From the NCBI GenBank assembly GCA_013285585.1, contig JABDHH010000001.1, positions 6,400 through 70,399 on the forward strand: a stretch of DNA of 64,000 nucleotides, written 5' to 3'. This DNA comes from Chlamydiota bacterium (GTDB taxonomy: Bacteria; Chlamydiota; Chlamydiia; Chlamydiales; SM23-39). How positions within the stretch are numbered: position 1 is the first letter of the stretch; the number at the start of each line of letters is the position of its first letter. Positions 35,363 through 44,580 of this stretch are shown piece after piece. Under the pieces are notes generated by a model. The model had not been told where the DNA came from and did not search any database. It saw nothing but the letters and a program-made list of their open reading frames with translations. The translations under genes and the position numbers were made by a program.

Positions 35363-37402
35363 CTAAGAAACGGAACTGCCTGGAGGAAGGGCTTGGATCA
35401 TCGGCAGTTCTAGACCGGAATCGAACGAAGCGGCCAGAATCATTCCTTGGCTTTCGATTCCCATGATCGTCGCTGGCGCAAGGTTGGCGACCAGGATGAC
35501 TTTTTTTCCGACGAGTTGCTCCGGATCATAGGAAAGGGCGATCCCTGAAACGACCGTCCTCTTCTCAAAACCAAGGTCGACGAGGAGCTTGAGAAGTTTT
35601 TTTGATTTGGGAATTTTTGCCGCTTCGATGATTTGCGCAATGCGGAGGTCGAGTTTATCGATTTGGTCAAATTGGATCGGAGCTTTCACTGCAGGCAAGC
35701 TGGCTTCGGCTGCCATAGCTTTTTGCGCATCCTTTTTTTTGCCGAGCTTCGCAACCTGCTCTTCGATTTCCTCATCTTCAACTTTACGGAAAAGGATCTC
35801 GGGCTCAGAGAGTTTTTGGCCGGTGGGATAAGGCATTTCGCGAATCTTCGACCAATTTTGTTTGGCCAGATCCGTCTTGAACCCAAGCATCTGCCAAATC
35901 TTCTGAGCTGTCTCTGGAATGATTGGAGATGCGGCCAAGGCGAGGTTCACGATGCAAGAGATAGAGACTGCAATCGTGGTCTCGAGAATCCCTCTTTCTG
36001 CAGGGTTCTTGGCTGAAACCCAGGGCTTTTTCGCATCGAAATAGGTATTGCCCAACTGGGCAAGTTCCATGAGGATCTGACAGGTCTTCCGCAAATGGAA
36101 AGCGGAATAGCTGCCCGAAATCATGTCCATTTGAATTTTGATCTGCTCGAGAAAATGCCGGTCTTCGCCCTGCAGATCGCCGAGCGGCGGCATTTGAGAA
36201 GAACAATGAGTCTTTGCGAAAACGAGGACGCGGTTGACGAAATTCCCGAATTTCCCTAGAAGTTCCGTGTTGCATCGCTTTTGAAAATCTTTCCAGCTAA
36301 ATTCAGAATCGGAGGTTTCCGGCGCATTCGCAGCGAGGGCGTAGCGAGCTTGGTCAGCAGTATATTTGGCAAAAAAATCTTCGAGATCTATCGTCCATCC
36401 GTCCGATTTGGAAAATTGCTTTCCTTCGAGCATCAGAAACTCGTTGGCGGGGATCTCGTCAGGGAGTTTGTAGGGCAGATCCTGCCCCATGAGCATCGCC
36501 GGGAAAAAGACCGCGTGGAAAGGAATATTGTCTTTGCCGATAAATTGGACAAGTTTTGTTTTCGGTTCGAGCCAATAGTGCTTCCATCGATCGGGTTGAC
36601 CGACCTTTTGCGCCCATTCTTTTGTGGCGGAGACGTAGCCGATCGGCGCATCGAACCAGACATAAAAGACTTTTCCTGGCCGCTCCGGCACGGGAACGCC
36701 CCAATCGGAATCGCGAGTGATGGCGCGAGGCTTCAAGTCGTCGATGTAATGCATAGCGAATTTGACGACGTTTTCCTTCCAGTCTTTACTATTGATCCAC
36801 TCCGCTAGCCGCTCTTTGAATCGGTCGAACCGTAGATAGAGGTGGGCGCTCGGCTTTAAGACAAGCGGAGAGCCGGTCAGCTTGGAGCGGGGATTTTTCA
36901 GGTCAGTCGCCTCGAATGAGCTAGCGCAACGCTGGCATTCGTCGCCGCGGGCCTCTTCGAAACCGCATTTGGGACATGTGCCGACAACGTAACGGTCGGC
37001 AAGAAACCGTTTTTCCGTCTCCGAATAGAGATGATTTTCGGTCTTCTCTTCGATCAGCCCCTTTTCTTCAAGGGCTCTAAAAAAATCTTGAACGACAGGG
37101 ACATGGCCGGGCCAGGTAGTCCGGCTGTAGTGATCAAAAGAAAAATGGAGTTTTTCAAAAAAAGCTTGAATGATCCCATGGTAGAGATCAACCTGTTGTT
37201 GAGGCGTCCGCTTAGCAAGGTCGGAGCTCAGTGTAATGGCAACACCATGCTCATCGGAGCCACAGATATAAAGGACATCGTTTCCGATCAGGCGCTGGAA
37301 ACGAGCATAGCAATCGCCCGGCAGATAAGCTCCAGCGATATGCCCAAAGTGTAGAGGCCCGTTCGCATAAGGCAAAGCCGAAGTGATGAGAACCGTTTCC
37401 AC
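35363..37402 (-). CDS. metG: methionine--tRNA ligase with C-terminal tRNA-binding (Trbp111-like) domain
   Basis: HIGH region (PYANGPLHFGHIAG), KMSKS-like KQFSKS, zinc knuckle CPKCG...CQRC, C-terminal LDLRIAQIIEA...GIESQGMILAA. Confidence 0.95.
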   Translation of the reverse strand: METVLITSALPYANGPLHFGHIAGAYLPGDCYARFQRLIGNDVLYICGSDEHGVAITLSSDLAKRTPQQQVDLYHGIIQAFFEKLHFSFDHYSRTTWPGHVPVVQDFFRALEEKGLIEEKTENHLYSETEKRFLADRYVVGTCPKCGFEEARGDECQRCASSFEATDLKNPRSKLTGSPLVLKPSAHLYLRFDRFKERLAEWINSKDWKENVVKFAMHYIDDLKPRAITRDSDWGVPVPERPGKVFYVWFDAPIGYVSATKEWAQKVGQPDRWKHYWLEPKTKLVQFIGKDNIPFHAVFFPAMLMGQDLPYKLPDEIPANEFLMLEGKQFSKSDGWTIDLEDFFAKYTADQARYALAANAPETSDSEFSWKDFQKRCNTELLGKFGNFVNRVLVFAKTHCSSQMPPLGDLQGEDRHFLEQIKIQMDMISGSYSAFHLRKTCQILMELAQLGNTYFDAKKPWVSAKNPAERGILETTIAVSISCIVNLALAASPIIPETAQKIWQMLGFKTDLAKQNWSKIREMPYPTGQKLSEPEILFRKVEDEEIEEQVAKLGKKKDAQKAMAAEASLPAVKAPIQFDQIDKLDLRIAQIIEAAKIPKSKKLLKLLVDLGFEKRTVVSGIALSYDPEQLVGKKVILVANLAPATIMGIESQGMILAASFDSGLELPMIQALPPGSSVS

Positions 37403-37413
37403 AATGCTACTAT

Positions 37414-37590
37414 CTATTTCTTGGCGTCTTCGTCGGCCCGTTGTTCCACGGCCTCAAGAATTGCTCCCAAATTCGAGGGAGCTCCACCCATGATGATGTT
37501 GCGGCCAATATTGATGGCGAAATTGCACAAGTTGAAGTTGTTCTTAAATTTTTTTCTTAAACGTTCGGTTGTTAACGAATCTGGATACAT
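37414..37590 (-). CDS. 58-aa ORF in the conserved gmk-downstream position (possible divergent RNA polymerase omega subunit)
   Basis: Below the ORF-track length cut-off. ATG preceded by AAGGGAAAAAGAG. MYPDSLTTERLRKKFKNNFNLCNFAINIGRNII... loosely fits the omega NRFxLxxxAxxRA pattern. The yicC-gmk-(rpoZ) order is widely conserved. Confidence 0.45.
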   Translation of the reverse strand: MYPDSLTTERLRKKFKNNFNLCNFAINIGRNIIMGGAPSNLGAILEAVEQRADEDAKK

Positions 37591-37631
37591 CTCTTTTTCC
37601 CTTTGCCAAACAGCATCGGCAAAAATAGAGT

Positions 37632-38225
37632 TTAATTCAACCGAATTCTATGCTCCTCAGCGATAAAGATCGAGCGAAAGATCTCGTAGGCCAGTTTCAA
37701 ATTTTCATTCACGATCAGATAGTCGTAGCCCTTAGAGGCTTCCATCTCTTTCTCGGCCCAGGAAAGGCGCGTCTCAATCGATTCATGCGACTCCGATTTT
37801 CTGCCATGCAGCCGTTTTTTCAGCTCTTCAAAATTGGGAGGGCAGATAAATATATAGACCGCATCGATTACGTTTTTCAGCGACTTTGCCCCTTGCGTAT
37901 CGATGACGAGGGCGACATGTTTACCTTTCTTGAGATGCTCTTCGACCGCCTTTCTCGACGTTCCGTAATCATTGTCGAACACATGGGCATACTCGAGGAA
38001 GTCCCCTTCGGCTGTCATTTTTTTGAACTCTGCTTCGCTTACGAAATGGTAGTCGCGACCTTCTATTTCATTGGGCCGCATCTTGCGAGTCGTATAGGAT
38101 ACGCTCTCCACGACGCAATGAAATTCTTCGGTAAGCATCCGGACGAGCGTCGTTTTTCCCGTTCCAGCGGGTGCGCTCACGACGAACACGATCCCCTTCT
38201 TCAATCCACCGAGCAATTTCATCAT
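37632..38225 (-). CDS. gmk: guanylate kinase
   Basis: P-loop SAPAGTGKTTL, YTTRKMRPNEIEGRDYHFV. Confidence 0.93.
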   Translation of the reverse strand: MMKLLGGLKKGIVFVVSAPAGTGKTTLVRMLTEEFHCVVESVSYTTRKMRPNEIEGRDYHFVSEAEFKKMTAEGDFLEYAHVFDNDYGTSRKAVEEHLKKGKHVALVIDTQGAKSLKNVIDAVYIFICPPNFEELKKRLHGRKSESHESIETRLSWAEKEMEASKGYDYLIVNENLKLAYEIFRSIFIAEEHRIRLN

Positions 38226-39097
38226 TCGATATTCTGTATCTGTTCCCGGACCTTTTCCAATTCACTTTTCATTTCGATGACGAGATGGGAGATTTTCGCA
38301 TCGAACGACTTGGAGCCGATCGTATTGATTTCACGCCCCATCTCCTGGATCAAAAAATCCATCTTCCGGCCGATGGTTCTTTCTTTACCCTCAAACATCT
38401 CGTAAAATTGACTAAAATGAGATTCGAGCCGCGTGATTTCTTCGGTGATGTCGACCCGGTCGGCAAAAAGAAGCGTTTCCCGCAAGATCCGATCGTCTAG
38501 CTCGGGGCTTGCCTGCAGTTCTTTCATCTTATCGACGAGGTTTTTCTTCATCCGCTCCGAGGCTTCGGGGGCGAGCGATTCGATAGCTTTGAGATTTTTT
38601 TTCATGGCGGCGAGCCGCCGCTTCACATCTACCGAGAGCGCTTTGCCTTCCTTGATTTTCATTTTGATTAAGCCTTCCAGAGCCTCCTCTAGGCACTTTA
38701 CGACTGCTTCGAGATCCTGATCTTCCGCTAAATTCACTTTCTGTTGGATGGGGGAATAGAGCATGAGGAAGGGAAGATCGATTGTTTTGGAGTCGTAACC
38801 GAGACTCCTTGCGATCTTCTCCCATCCCCGTTTCAATTCCTTGAGCGCTTGGGGATTCGGGAGCTGTGCCAGAGTGGCATATTCGCTGGGAATCACATGA
38901 ATTCTCACGGAAACCTGGCCGCGGGAGATCTTTTCCCCAACGCACGTACGGATATCGTGTTCGAACCGTCCGAATTCCTTCGGCAGGGAAACGAAGATTT
39001 CAAGGTATTTGCGGTTGACTGACTGGATTTCGGCGATCAGTCTTCCGAAAGGAGCATCGAAGATCGCGCGTCCGAAGCCCGTCATGCTAGCTAGCAT
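38222..39097 (-). CDS. yicC: YicC-family stress-induced protein/endoribonuclease
   Basis: 291 aa. N-terminal MTGFG and C-terminal EINTIGSK...EMK.ELEK.REQIQNIE are typical of YicC. Overlaps gmk by 4 nt. Confidence 0.88.
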   Translation of the reverse strand: MLASMTGFGRAIFDAPFGRLIAEIQSVNRKYLEIFVSLPKEFGRFEHDIRTCVGEKISRGQVSVRIHVIPSEYATLAQLPNPQALKELKRGWEKIARSLGYDSKTIDLPFLMLYSPIQQKVNLAEDQDLEAVVKCLEEALEGLIKMKIKEGKALSVDVKRRLAAMKKNLKAIESLAPEASERMKKNLVDKMKELQASPELDDRILRETLLFADRVDITEEITRLESHFSQFYEMFEGKERTIGRKMDFLIQEMGREINTIGSKSFDAKISHLVIEMKSELEKVREQIQNIE

Positions 39098-39339
39098 AGT
39101 CGGCCTTTATGTCCATAGTAGGGAAAATATCCAATCCTTGTCAATGCATTCCACTTTTCTTTAGAAAATGTCTGCTTTTCGATAAATCTGCGAAAACCGC
39201 TTCAATAGGCTTCATCGGCTCTTGATATTGTCCCTTGCATTTAATCCCAAAAGCGCCTTAAATCACTCCCAAAAACGACGAAACCGGAATTTTACAACAC
39301 CCCTCTAAACCTTCCAAGTCAAAAATATTGGAGCGGATT

Positions 39340-41001
39340 ATGATCCATTTGGCGCGAACACTCGAATCCAGCCTGCTTCCCTTCCCCGATACCATGTCCT
39401 GGGAAAAAGGGAATATCGTCAGAACCGAATGGTCGGCGGCCCAGAAAATCCAATACCGGGCCGGACAGACTTTTCACTTCCTTGCTAGCGTCGCCCTTTT
39501 TCCTGTAGCGCTCGCAATGAGCCTAGGTTCCCGCATGATCGCCCTGTTTCATGGCCCCGCTCCGCGAATCGAAAAAGCCGATTCCCCTGCAGATTTGTCA
39601 TCGGCGCTTCCTGCTGATTTCGGATTCGCCGATTCTCTTTTTCAAACATCCGGCCTGGGGACTTGGGCTTCAGCGACCGAACTAAAAGGGAGATCGAACT
39701 GGAACCAGTGGCTGAAGCCGGAGCATATCGAAGGGCCAAATACCTACCCAGAACGCTTTGTCGATATTTTGAAAAACCCTCTTCCTTTCATCCAAATTCT
39801 GAAAAACGACCTAAATGTCACAGCCCACCGCTTCTCTCTGGAATGGGCCGTCATCGAACCTACGCAGGGCAAACTCGATCTCGAAGCCATCGATCTCTAT
39901 CGAAACTTCATCAAAGAGCTGAAAAAAGCAGGAATTGAACCTTATGTGACGCTCCATCATTTCGTCCTACCGGAATGGTTCGGAGATTTCGAACAGCTTG
40001 AGAACGTCGATCTTTTTGTTAGCCATTCTCTTAAAATGATGGACCTCTTCCCGGAGGTGAAGAATTGGATGACCATCAACGAACCCGGCGTTTACGCCTT
40101 GCAAACTAGGATTCGCCGCGTTTATCCGCATCCGCCGAGCAAACGCAATGACCTTGATAGCGCTGCCCAAGTTCTCCGCAACCTCCTGATCGCCCACTGC
40201 AAAATCTACAAAAACGCTAAGGAAAAATTCGGCGACAAGGTGCTAGTCGGCATCACCCACCAGTGGTTGAATTTCGAACCCCTTGAAGGAAACCCTTTGG
40301 AAAGAATAATCTGCTATTTCATGTCCAAAATTACCCACTACGCCGTTTACAACTTCTTCAAAACGGGCCGCTTCGATTTCGATATTCCACTGAAAACTAA
40401 CGTCCATTTGAATATTTCTGAAAAAGAGTTCGAAAAAAACAACCGCTTCCTTGACTTCATCGGCGTCCAATTTTATGGGTATCCCCGCTTAAAAGCAGGA
40501 TTCAACGGAGCGCAGGAATACCCTGGACACGGAACCATAAACATTCCTCTCCTGTTCACCGGCCTGACATTCGGATCCACCTGTCCCAAAGGAGGAAAAG
40601 CCATGAGCTTCGGCCCAAGCTTCTATCCTGAATCGCTCCAGGACTGTCTGACAGAAGCGGCAGCTCTAAATAAGCCGATCGCCATAACAGAAACTGGCTG
40701 CGACGCGAGAATCCAAAAATGGGGAGACAAAGAATTTACGATCGATAACGAAACTCAAAAAGAATACTTCGTGAAAATTGCTCCCATCTTGCATCGCTTT
40801 AAATACCAAATGAAAGCCTTTTTCACTTGGACTCTCTGCCGCGGCCACCTCGAGTGGGACCGAGGCGCTTTCCCCGCTCTCGGAACCGTGGAAGTGATGA
40901 AAGACCGCTCTCGCAAGATCACAGGCTGCAAGCTATACCCCGCCGCAGAACTGCTGCAAAAAGTCTATGGCGAGAGGAAATTCACCAAGCAAGCAGCTTA
41001 G
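39340..41001 (+). CDS. glycoside hydrolase family 1 (beta-glucosidase-like) with N-terminal hydrophobic anchor
   Basis: Acid/base TINEPG and nucleophile ITETG motifs. About 90-aa N-terminal extension with FHFLASVALFPVALAMSLGSRMIALF. ATG at 39340 follows GGAGCGG. Confidence 0.85.
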   Translation: MIHLARTLESSLLPFPDTMSWEKGNIVRTEWSAAQKIQYRAGQTFHFLASVALFPVALAMSLGSRMIALFHGPAPRIEKADSPADLSSALPADFGFADSLFQTSGLGTWASATELKGRSNWNQWLKPEHIEGPNTYPERFVDILKNPLPFIQILKNDLNVTAHRFSLEWAVIEPTQGKLDLEAIDLYRNFIKELKKAGIEPYVTLHHFVLPEWFGDFEQLENVDLFVSHSLKMMDLFPEVKNWMTINEPGVYALQTRIRRVYPHPPSKRNDLDSAAQVLRNLLIAHCKIYKNAKEKFGDKVLVGITHQWLNFEPLEGNPLERIICYFMSKITHYAVYNFFKTGRFDFDIPLKTNVHLNISEKEFEKNNRFLDFIGVQFYGYPRLKAGFNGAQEYPGHGTINIPLLFTGLTFGSTCPKGGKAMSFGPSFYPESLQDCLTEAAALNKPIAITETGCDARIQKWGDKEFTIDNETQKEYFVKIAPILHRFKYQMKAFFTWTLCRGHLEWDRGAFPALGTVEVMKDRSRKITGCKLYPAAELLQKVYGERKFTKQAA

Positions 41002-41010
41002 GAATTGTCT

Positions 41011-41071
41011 AAGGAGGCAAAATGGCTTAAAAGGGCGATTTTGTTGGTCCCGCGAGTTTTGCAATTGGCTC
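41011..41071. repeat. 61-bp half-copy of the GAGCCAATTGCAAAACTC-type inverted-repeat element
   Basis: Identical by eye to 56722-56782. Starts 10 nt after the GH1 stop. Confidence 0.8.
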
Positions 41072-41292
41072 ACCTAAATAAAATTCATTCGCTGCGGGGC
41101 AAATAGCCCAGGCGCCCAGTGCCGAGAAATGGACAAAGTCCAGTTAGAGGGTGTGATAAAATTCAGCTTTCGTCGCTTTCTTTCATAGTCCATGAATGAA
41201 TTTTTTTTATTTATACTATAAAATATTTTATTAAAACTATTTAGTTTTCTTATAATGACAAAAACAATACAATACAAAAAAAGGAGCGGCGC

Positions 41293-41694
41293 ATGTCAAT
41301 TTCAAGTTCATTAATTACGAGTTTGACCAACTGGAGAAATCCAGAGGGAGCTGAAGAAAACTGGAAAGGCCGGGAGCATAAATATACCCATCTTCCTTCG
41401 TTTAAAAGAATCTTAATCTCTGAAGCTGCTTTTGCGGCGGTCGGGTTGGCGGCTATCGTCGAATCAACCATGAACGCGGCATTCATCCTCTTTTCTCTGC
41501 CTTTCCTCTTGATCGATAGCAAATCACTCCAACTTCCCCTCCAGCGGCTGAACAGCAGTGCGTTCGCAGCGGTGTGGTGCGCCGTGAATCTCGTATTGAA
41601 TATTGGAGTATCGAACATGACGGCAAAAGAAGAGACAGCGCGGAATTTTACTTTCAAAACTTATCAATTATTCATAAAACAGTTCGCCTCATAA
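41293..41694 (+). CDS. hypothetical membrane protein (Inc-like candidate)
   Basis: 133 aa. Hydrophobic block ISEAAFAAVGLAAIVESTMNAAFILFSLPFLLI plus AFAAVWCAVNLVLNIGV. AGGAG RBS upstream. Confidence 0.4.
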   Translation: MSISSSLITSLTNWRNPEGAEENWKGREHKYTHLPSFKRILISEAAFAAVGLAAIVESTMNAAFILFSLPFLLIDSKSLQLPLQRLNSSAFAAVWCAVNLVLNIGVSNMTAKEETARNFTFKTYQLFIKQFAS

Positions 41695-41702
41695 CCTGAG
41701 AG

Positions 41703-41749
41703 GGCCTTGTTGCATAGATCAGCCTGCGGCTGATCTATGCAACAAGGCC
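41703..41749. repeat. perfect 22-bp stem / 3-nt loop hairpin between convergent genes
   Basis: GGCCTTGTTGCATAGATCAGCC-tgc-GGCTGATCTATGCAACAAGGCC. No U-tract follows it. Confidence 0.7.
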
Positions 41750-41760
41750 TATCGGATTCA

Positions 41761-41805
41761 CTTTCTGTCGATTTTTCGGTTCTTTTGAGCCGATTTTCGA
41801 TTCAA
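41761..41805. repeat. dispersed ~45-bp repeat core, inverted copy
   Basis: The reverse complement TTGAATCGAAAATCGGCTCAAAAGAACCGAAAAATCGACAGAAAG matches 51395-51438. Confidence 0.75.
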
Positions 41806-41877
41806 AGTTTGAGGGTAATATTAACCCGAAATTCAGGTTATTAACTACAGTCTCTGAGAGTGGGTTCGATCCGTCTT

Positions 41878-42534
41878 TTAATAGAAAATGCGTTCATGGA
41901 GCCATTTTGTGGCAATCCACTTCTCTCCCGCTATCACGGGAGCGCCTCCATGAAGGGTCAACGGATCGACTTTTCCATCAGGCGTGCAGCTATAGAAGAC
42001 GAGCGCAGTCCCCTTGTGAGGCGTTACTGAAATCTTCACCGTTGGGAAGATGGTTTCTCCTCCTGCCTCAGGAGTATTGAGATACATGATCACTGTGGCT
42101 ACTCTTTGCCCCCCTCGTTTCAATTGAGCAGCGCCTCCCGGCGTATCTGGAGAAAAAAAATCGAAATGAGGCTGGTACTCAGCGCCCATTTGATAGGCAA
42201 GCACTTGAATCGCTTCACCATTTGCAACAGGCAAACCCGTCAGCTGGGCTATCCTGTGATCTATGCTTCTTAAAACGGGATCTTGGTGGTTCGAGGGAAA
42301 AAACATCCCCTTACTGGATCTTCTTGAATCAACTACATCTCCGTTTATTCCATGATCATCGAGGACGGTCGACCTTTGTAAATGAGGACGAGCGGCCTGA
42401 ATAATATAATCGCATTCGGCCTCTGAAAGAAAATCGGGGATGAGATAAACCCGAGGAGACATCGAAAGGGTTTGCAAAGAAAATTCCGCATGAAGGGCGG
42501 AGACGAAAAGAAAAATAAGTCCAAATATCTTCAT
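41878..42534 (-). CDS. prolyl 4-hydroxylase-like Fe(II)/2OG oxygenase, secreted paralog
   Basis: 218 aa with signal peptide MKIFGLIFLFVSALHA. HFDFF, GGQRVATVIMYLNTPEAGGETIFP, LHGGAPV, KWIATKW. Paralog of 13924-14835. Confidence 0.85.
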   Translation of the reverse strand: MKIFGLIFLFVSALHAEFSLQTLSMSPRVYLIPDFLSEAECDYIIQAARPHLQRSTVLDDHGINGDVVDSRRSSKGMFFPSNHQDPVLRSIDHRIAQLTGLPVANGEAIQVLAYQMGAEYQPHFDFFSPDTPGGAAQLKRGGQRVATVIMYLNTPEAGGETIFPTVKISVTPHKGTALVFYSCTPDGKVDPLTLHGGAPVIAGEKWIATKWLHERIFY

Positions 42535-42546
42535 AATCCTTCCTAA

Positions 42547-42719
42547 GGGACTGTTAAATAATAAAGTAAACTATTTCACCGCGCCAAATCAACCGAAAAT
42601 CGACGATCAGAAATGGGGTAGTATTCATGCGACACAACCCCATTTCTGATCGTCGATTTTAGGCGATTTCGCGCAGGTCAAATGGTTTATTTGGTATTGC
42701 TTTATTGTTTAACAGTCCC
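42547..42719. mobile_element. 173-bp GGGACTG-type MITE with nested internal palindrome, TAA flanks
   Basis: TIRs are GGGACTGTTAAATAATAAAG (42547-42566) and CTTTATTGTTTAACAGTCCC (42700-42719). TAA at 42544-46 and 42720-22. Internal long imperfect palindrome (...CGACGATCAGAAATGGGGT...ACCCCATTTCTGATCGTCG...). Confidence 0.8.
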
Positions 42720-42776
42720 TAAGTGCCTTGTGGATTTTTTCAAAAAATTTATATCAGCACTTGTTTTACATCAATT

Positions 42777-43454
42777 TCAAAAATTTTTGAAAAGAATCTC
42801 TTGAGATGAACCTTGAAGCGATTTTACCGGCTCGAAAGATATCCGGTGAAGAGGACAGGGGCCATATTTACGTATTGCGTCTACATGTTCTGCCGTGCCA
42901 TAGCCTTTATGTTTCCTAAATCCGTAATGAGGCCACTTGAGATCGAATTCGACCATCATCCGATCCCGAGTGACTTTCGCTATAACGGAAGCGGCTGCGA
43001 TGGAAATGGAATGCGCGTCCCCTTCGACGATTGGGAGTGTCGGTATAGAAAAAACAGGCACCTGGTTTCCGTCGATCAAAAGATAATCGGGAGGAATGTT
43101 CAAGGCTTCGACAGCTTGGCGCATCGCGAGGAACGTCGCTTGCAAAATATTGACGCGGTCGATCGTCTCGACATCGCTGATCCCTAATCCGTAACGAGTT
43201 TCAGGATGCAGGGTGATGCTCTGATAAAGGTTTTCGCGTCTTTCGGGAGTGAGTTGTTTGCTGTCGTTGAGATGCTCGAAATACGAATTTCGAGGAAGGA
43301 TGCAGGCTGCGGCTACGACCGGTCCAGCTAAAGGGCCTCGTCCCGCCTCGTCGATTCCGGCAATACGGATAAACCCATCATCAGCCAAGCGCTTTTCATG
43401 GAGGGACATGGTTTGTAAACGAAATAACTCCGCCTGTGAGATGACTCGCTGCAT
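42777..43454 (-). CDS. rnhB: ribonuclease HII
   Basis: GIDEAGRGPLAGPVV active-site motif, 225 aa. Confidence 0.92.
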   Translation of the reverse strand: MQRVISQAELFRLQTMSLHEKRLADDGFIRIAGIDEAGRGPLAGPVVAAACILPRNSYFEHLNDSKQLTPERRENLYQSITLHPETRYGLGISDVETIDRVNILQATFLAMRQAVEALNIPPDYLLIDGNQVPVFSIPTLPIVEGDAHSISIAAASVIAKVTRDRMMVEFDLKWPHYGFRKHKGYGTAEHVDAIRKYGPCPLHRISFEPVKSLQGSSQEILFKNF

Positions 43455-43493
43455 GCAGCAAATCTAAATCGGGCGGAGCTTTTACAAAAAGAT

Positions 43494-43904
43494 TTATTTT
43501 TCAGTGGCGTCGGATGGAGGAGCTTCGGCCAAAGGTTCCGTCTCGGCTTCTGCAACAAAGAGCTCGCGAAGTTTAGTCGCTTTACCGGCTTTCCCTCGCA
43601 TGTAGTAGAGTTTCGCGCGACGCACTTTACCGGAACGGATAACTTCGATTCCTGCGATCCGAGGGCTGTGGATCAAGAAGACCCTGTCCATGCTCGAACC
43701 GTAAGCGGTACGGTAGATCGTGAATGTTTCAGAAAGGCCAGTGCCTTTCTTTGCGATCACAGTGCCTGTAAAGGCCTGGATCCTCTCCTTGTCCCCTTCG
43801 ACAATCCGTGTGTTGACACGGACAGTATCGCCGATTTTGAAAACGGGAACCTCTTTTTTCAAATAGTGAGCTTCGATCTCTTCGATCGCAGGTATGCGGC
43901 TCAT
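43494..43904 (-). CDS. rplS: 50S ribosomal protein L19
   Basis: [33 protein letters not shown]... is the L19 signature. C-terminal acidic tail. Confidence 0.93.
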   Translation of the reverse strand: MSRIPAIEEIEAHYLKKEVPVFKIGDTVRVNTRIVEGDKERIQAFTGTVIAKKGTGLSETFTIYRTAYGSSMDRVFLIHSPRIAGIEVIRSGKVRRAKLYYMRGKAGKATKLRELFVAEAETEPLAEAPPSDATEK

Positions 43905-44578
43905 GTTCTCTCCTTAACTAGTTCAGGCCGAATCCGGCTTGTTTTTTTTATTGCTTCTGTTTCTCGCCATTTCTGGATCTCTGCATGGTTGCCTCCGCGC
44001 AAGACCGCCGGCACTTCCAATCCTTCAAACACCTCGGGCCGCGTATAATGCGGCGCGTCGAAGATCCCATTTTGGAACGAATCCTCTCGCACGGCGTCCG
44101 GATGTCCGATCACCCCGGGGATGAAACGGGATACGGCATCGACTAAGACGATCGCGGCGGCGCACCCGTTCGTCAATACATAGTCGCCAATGCTGATCTC
44201 TTCATCGACAGCGATTTCAATCGCCCGTTCGTCAATCCCCTCATAATGGCCGCACAGGAGGATCAGATGTTCCTTACGAGACAACTCCTCGCATTTAGCC
44301 GCACTTAGCAAGACGCCTTGCGGCGAAAGGCAAACCACATGGGAACGCGGGCTCCTGACGCTTCGGATCGCTCTCACTACCGGATCCGGCTTCATCACCA
44401 TTCCGGGACCGCCTCCGAAAGGTCGATCGTCGACTCTCTGATGCTTGTTCTCAGCAAAATCCCTGATATCGGTGTGCCGGATTTCGATGCACCCCTTATC
44501 TTGGGCCCGCATCAGCATGCTGACATCAAACGGGCCGCGGAAATATTCAGGAAAAAGCGAAAGAATATCGACCAGCAC
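43901..44578 (-). CDS. trmD: tRNA (guanine37-N1)-methyltransferase
   Basis: [12 protein letters not shown]..., [24 protein letters not shown]. Confidence 0.93.
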   Translation of the reverse strand: MLVDILSLFPEYFRGPFDVSMLMRAQDKGCIEIRHTDIRDFAENKHQRVDDRPFGGGPGMVMKPDPVVRAIRSVRSPRSHVVCLSPQGVLLSAAKCEELSRKEHLILLCGHYEGIDERAIEIAVDEEISIGDYVLTNGCAAAIVLVDAVSRFIPGVIGHPDAVREDSFQNGIFDAPHYTRPEVFEGLEVPAVLRGGNHAEIQKWRETEAIKKTSRIRPELVKERT

Positions 44579-44580
44579 GG

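Noticed and set aside
36281-36808. 175-aa ORF antisense to metG (also 35633-36275)
   Set aside because: It sits inside the MetRS gene with no motif.
37650-38405. 251-aa ORF antisense across gmk and yicC
   Set aside because: It spans two well-supported genes on the opposite strand. It is a shadow ORF.
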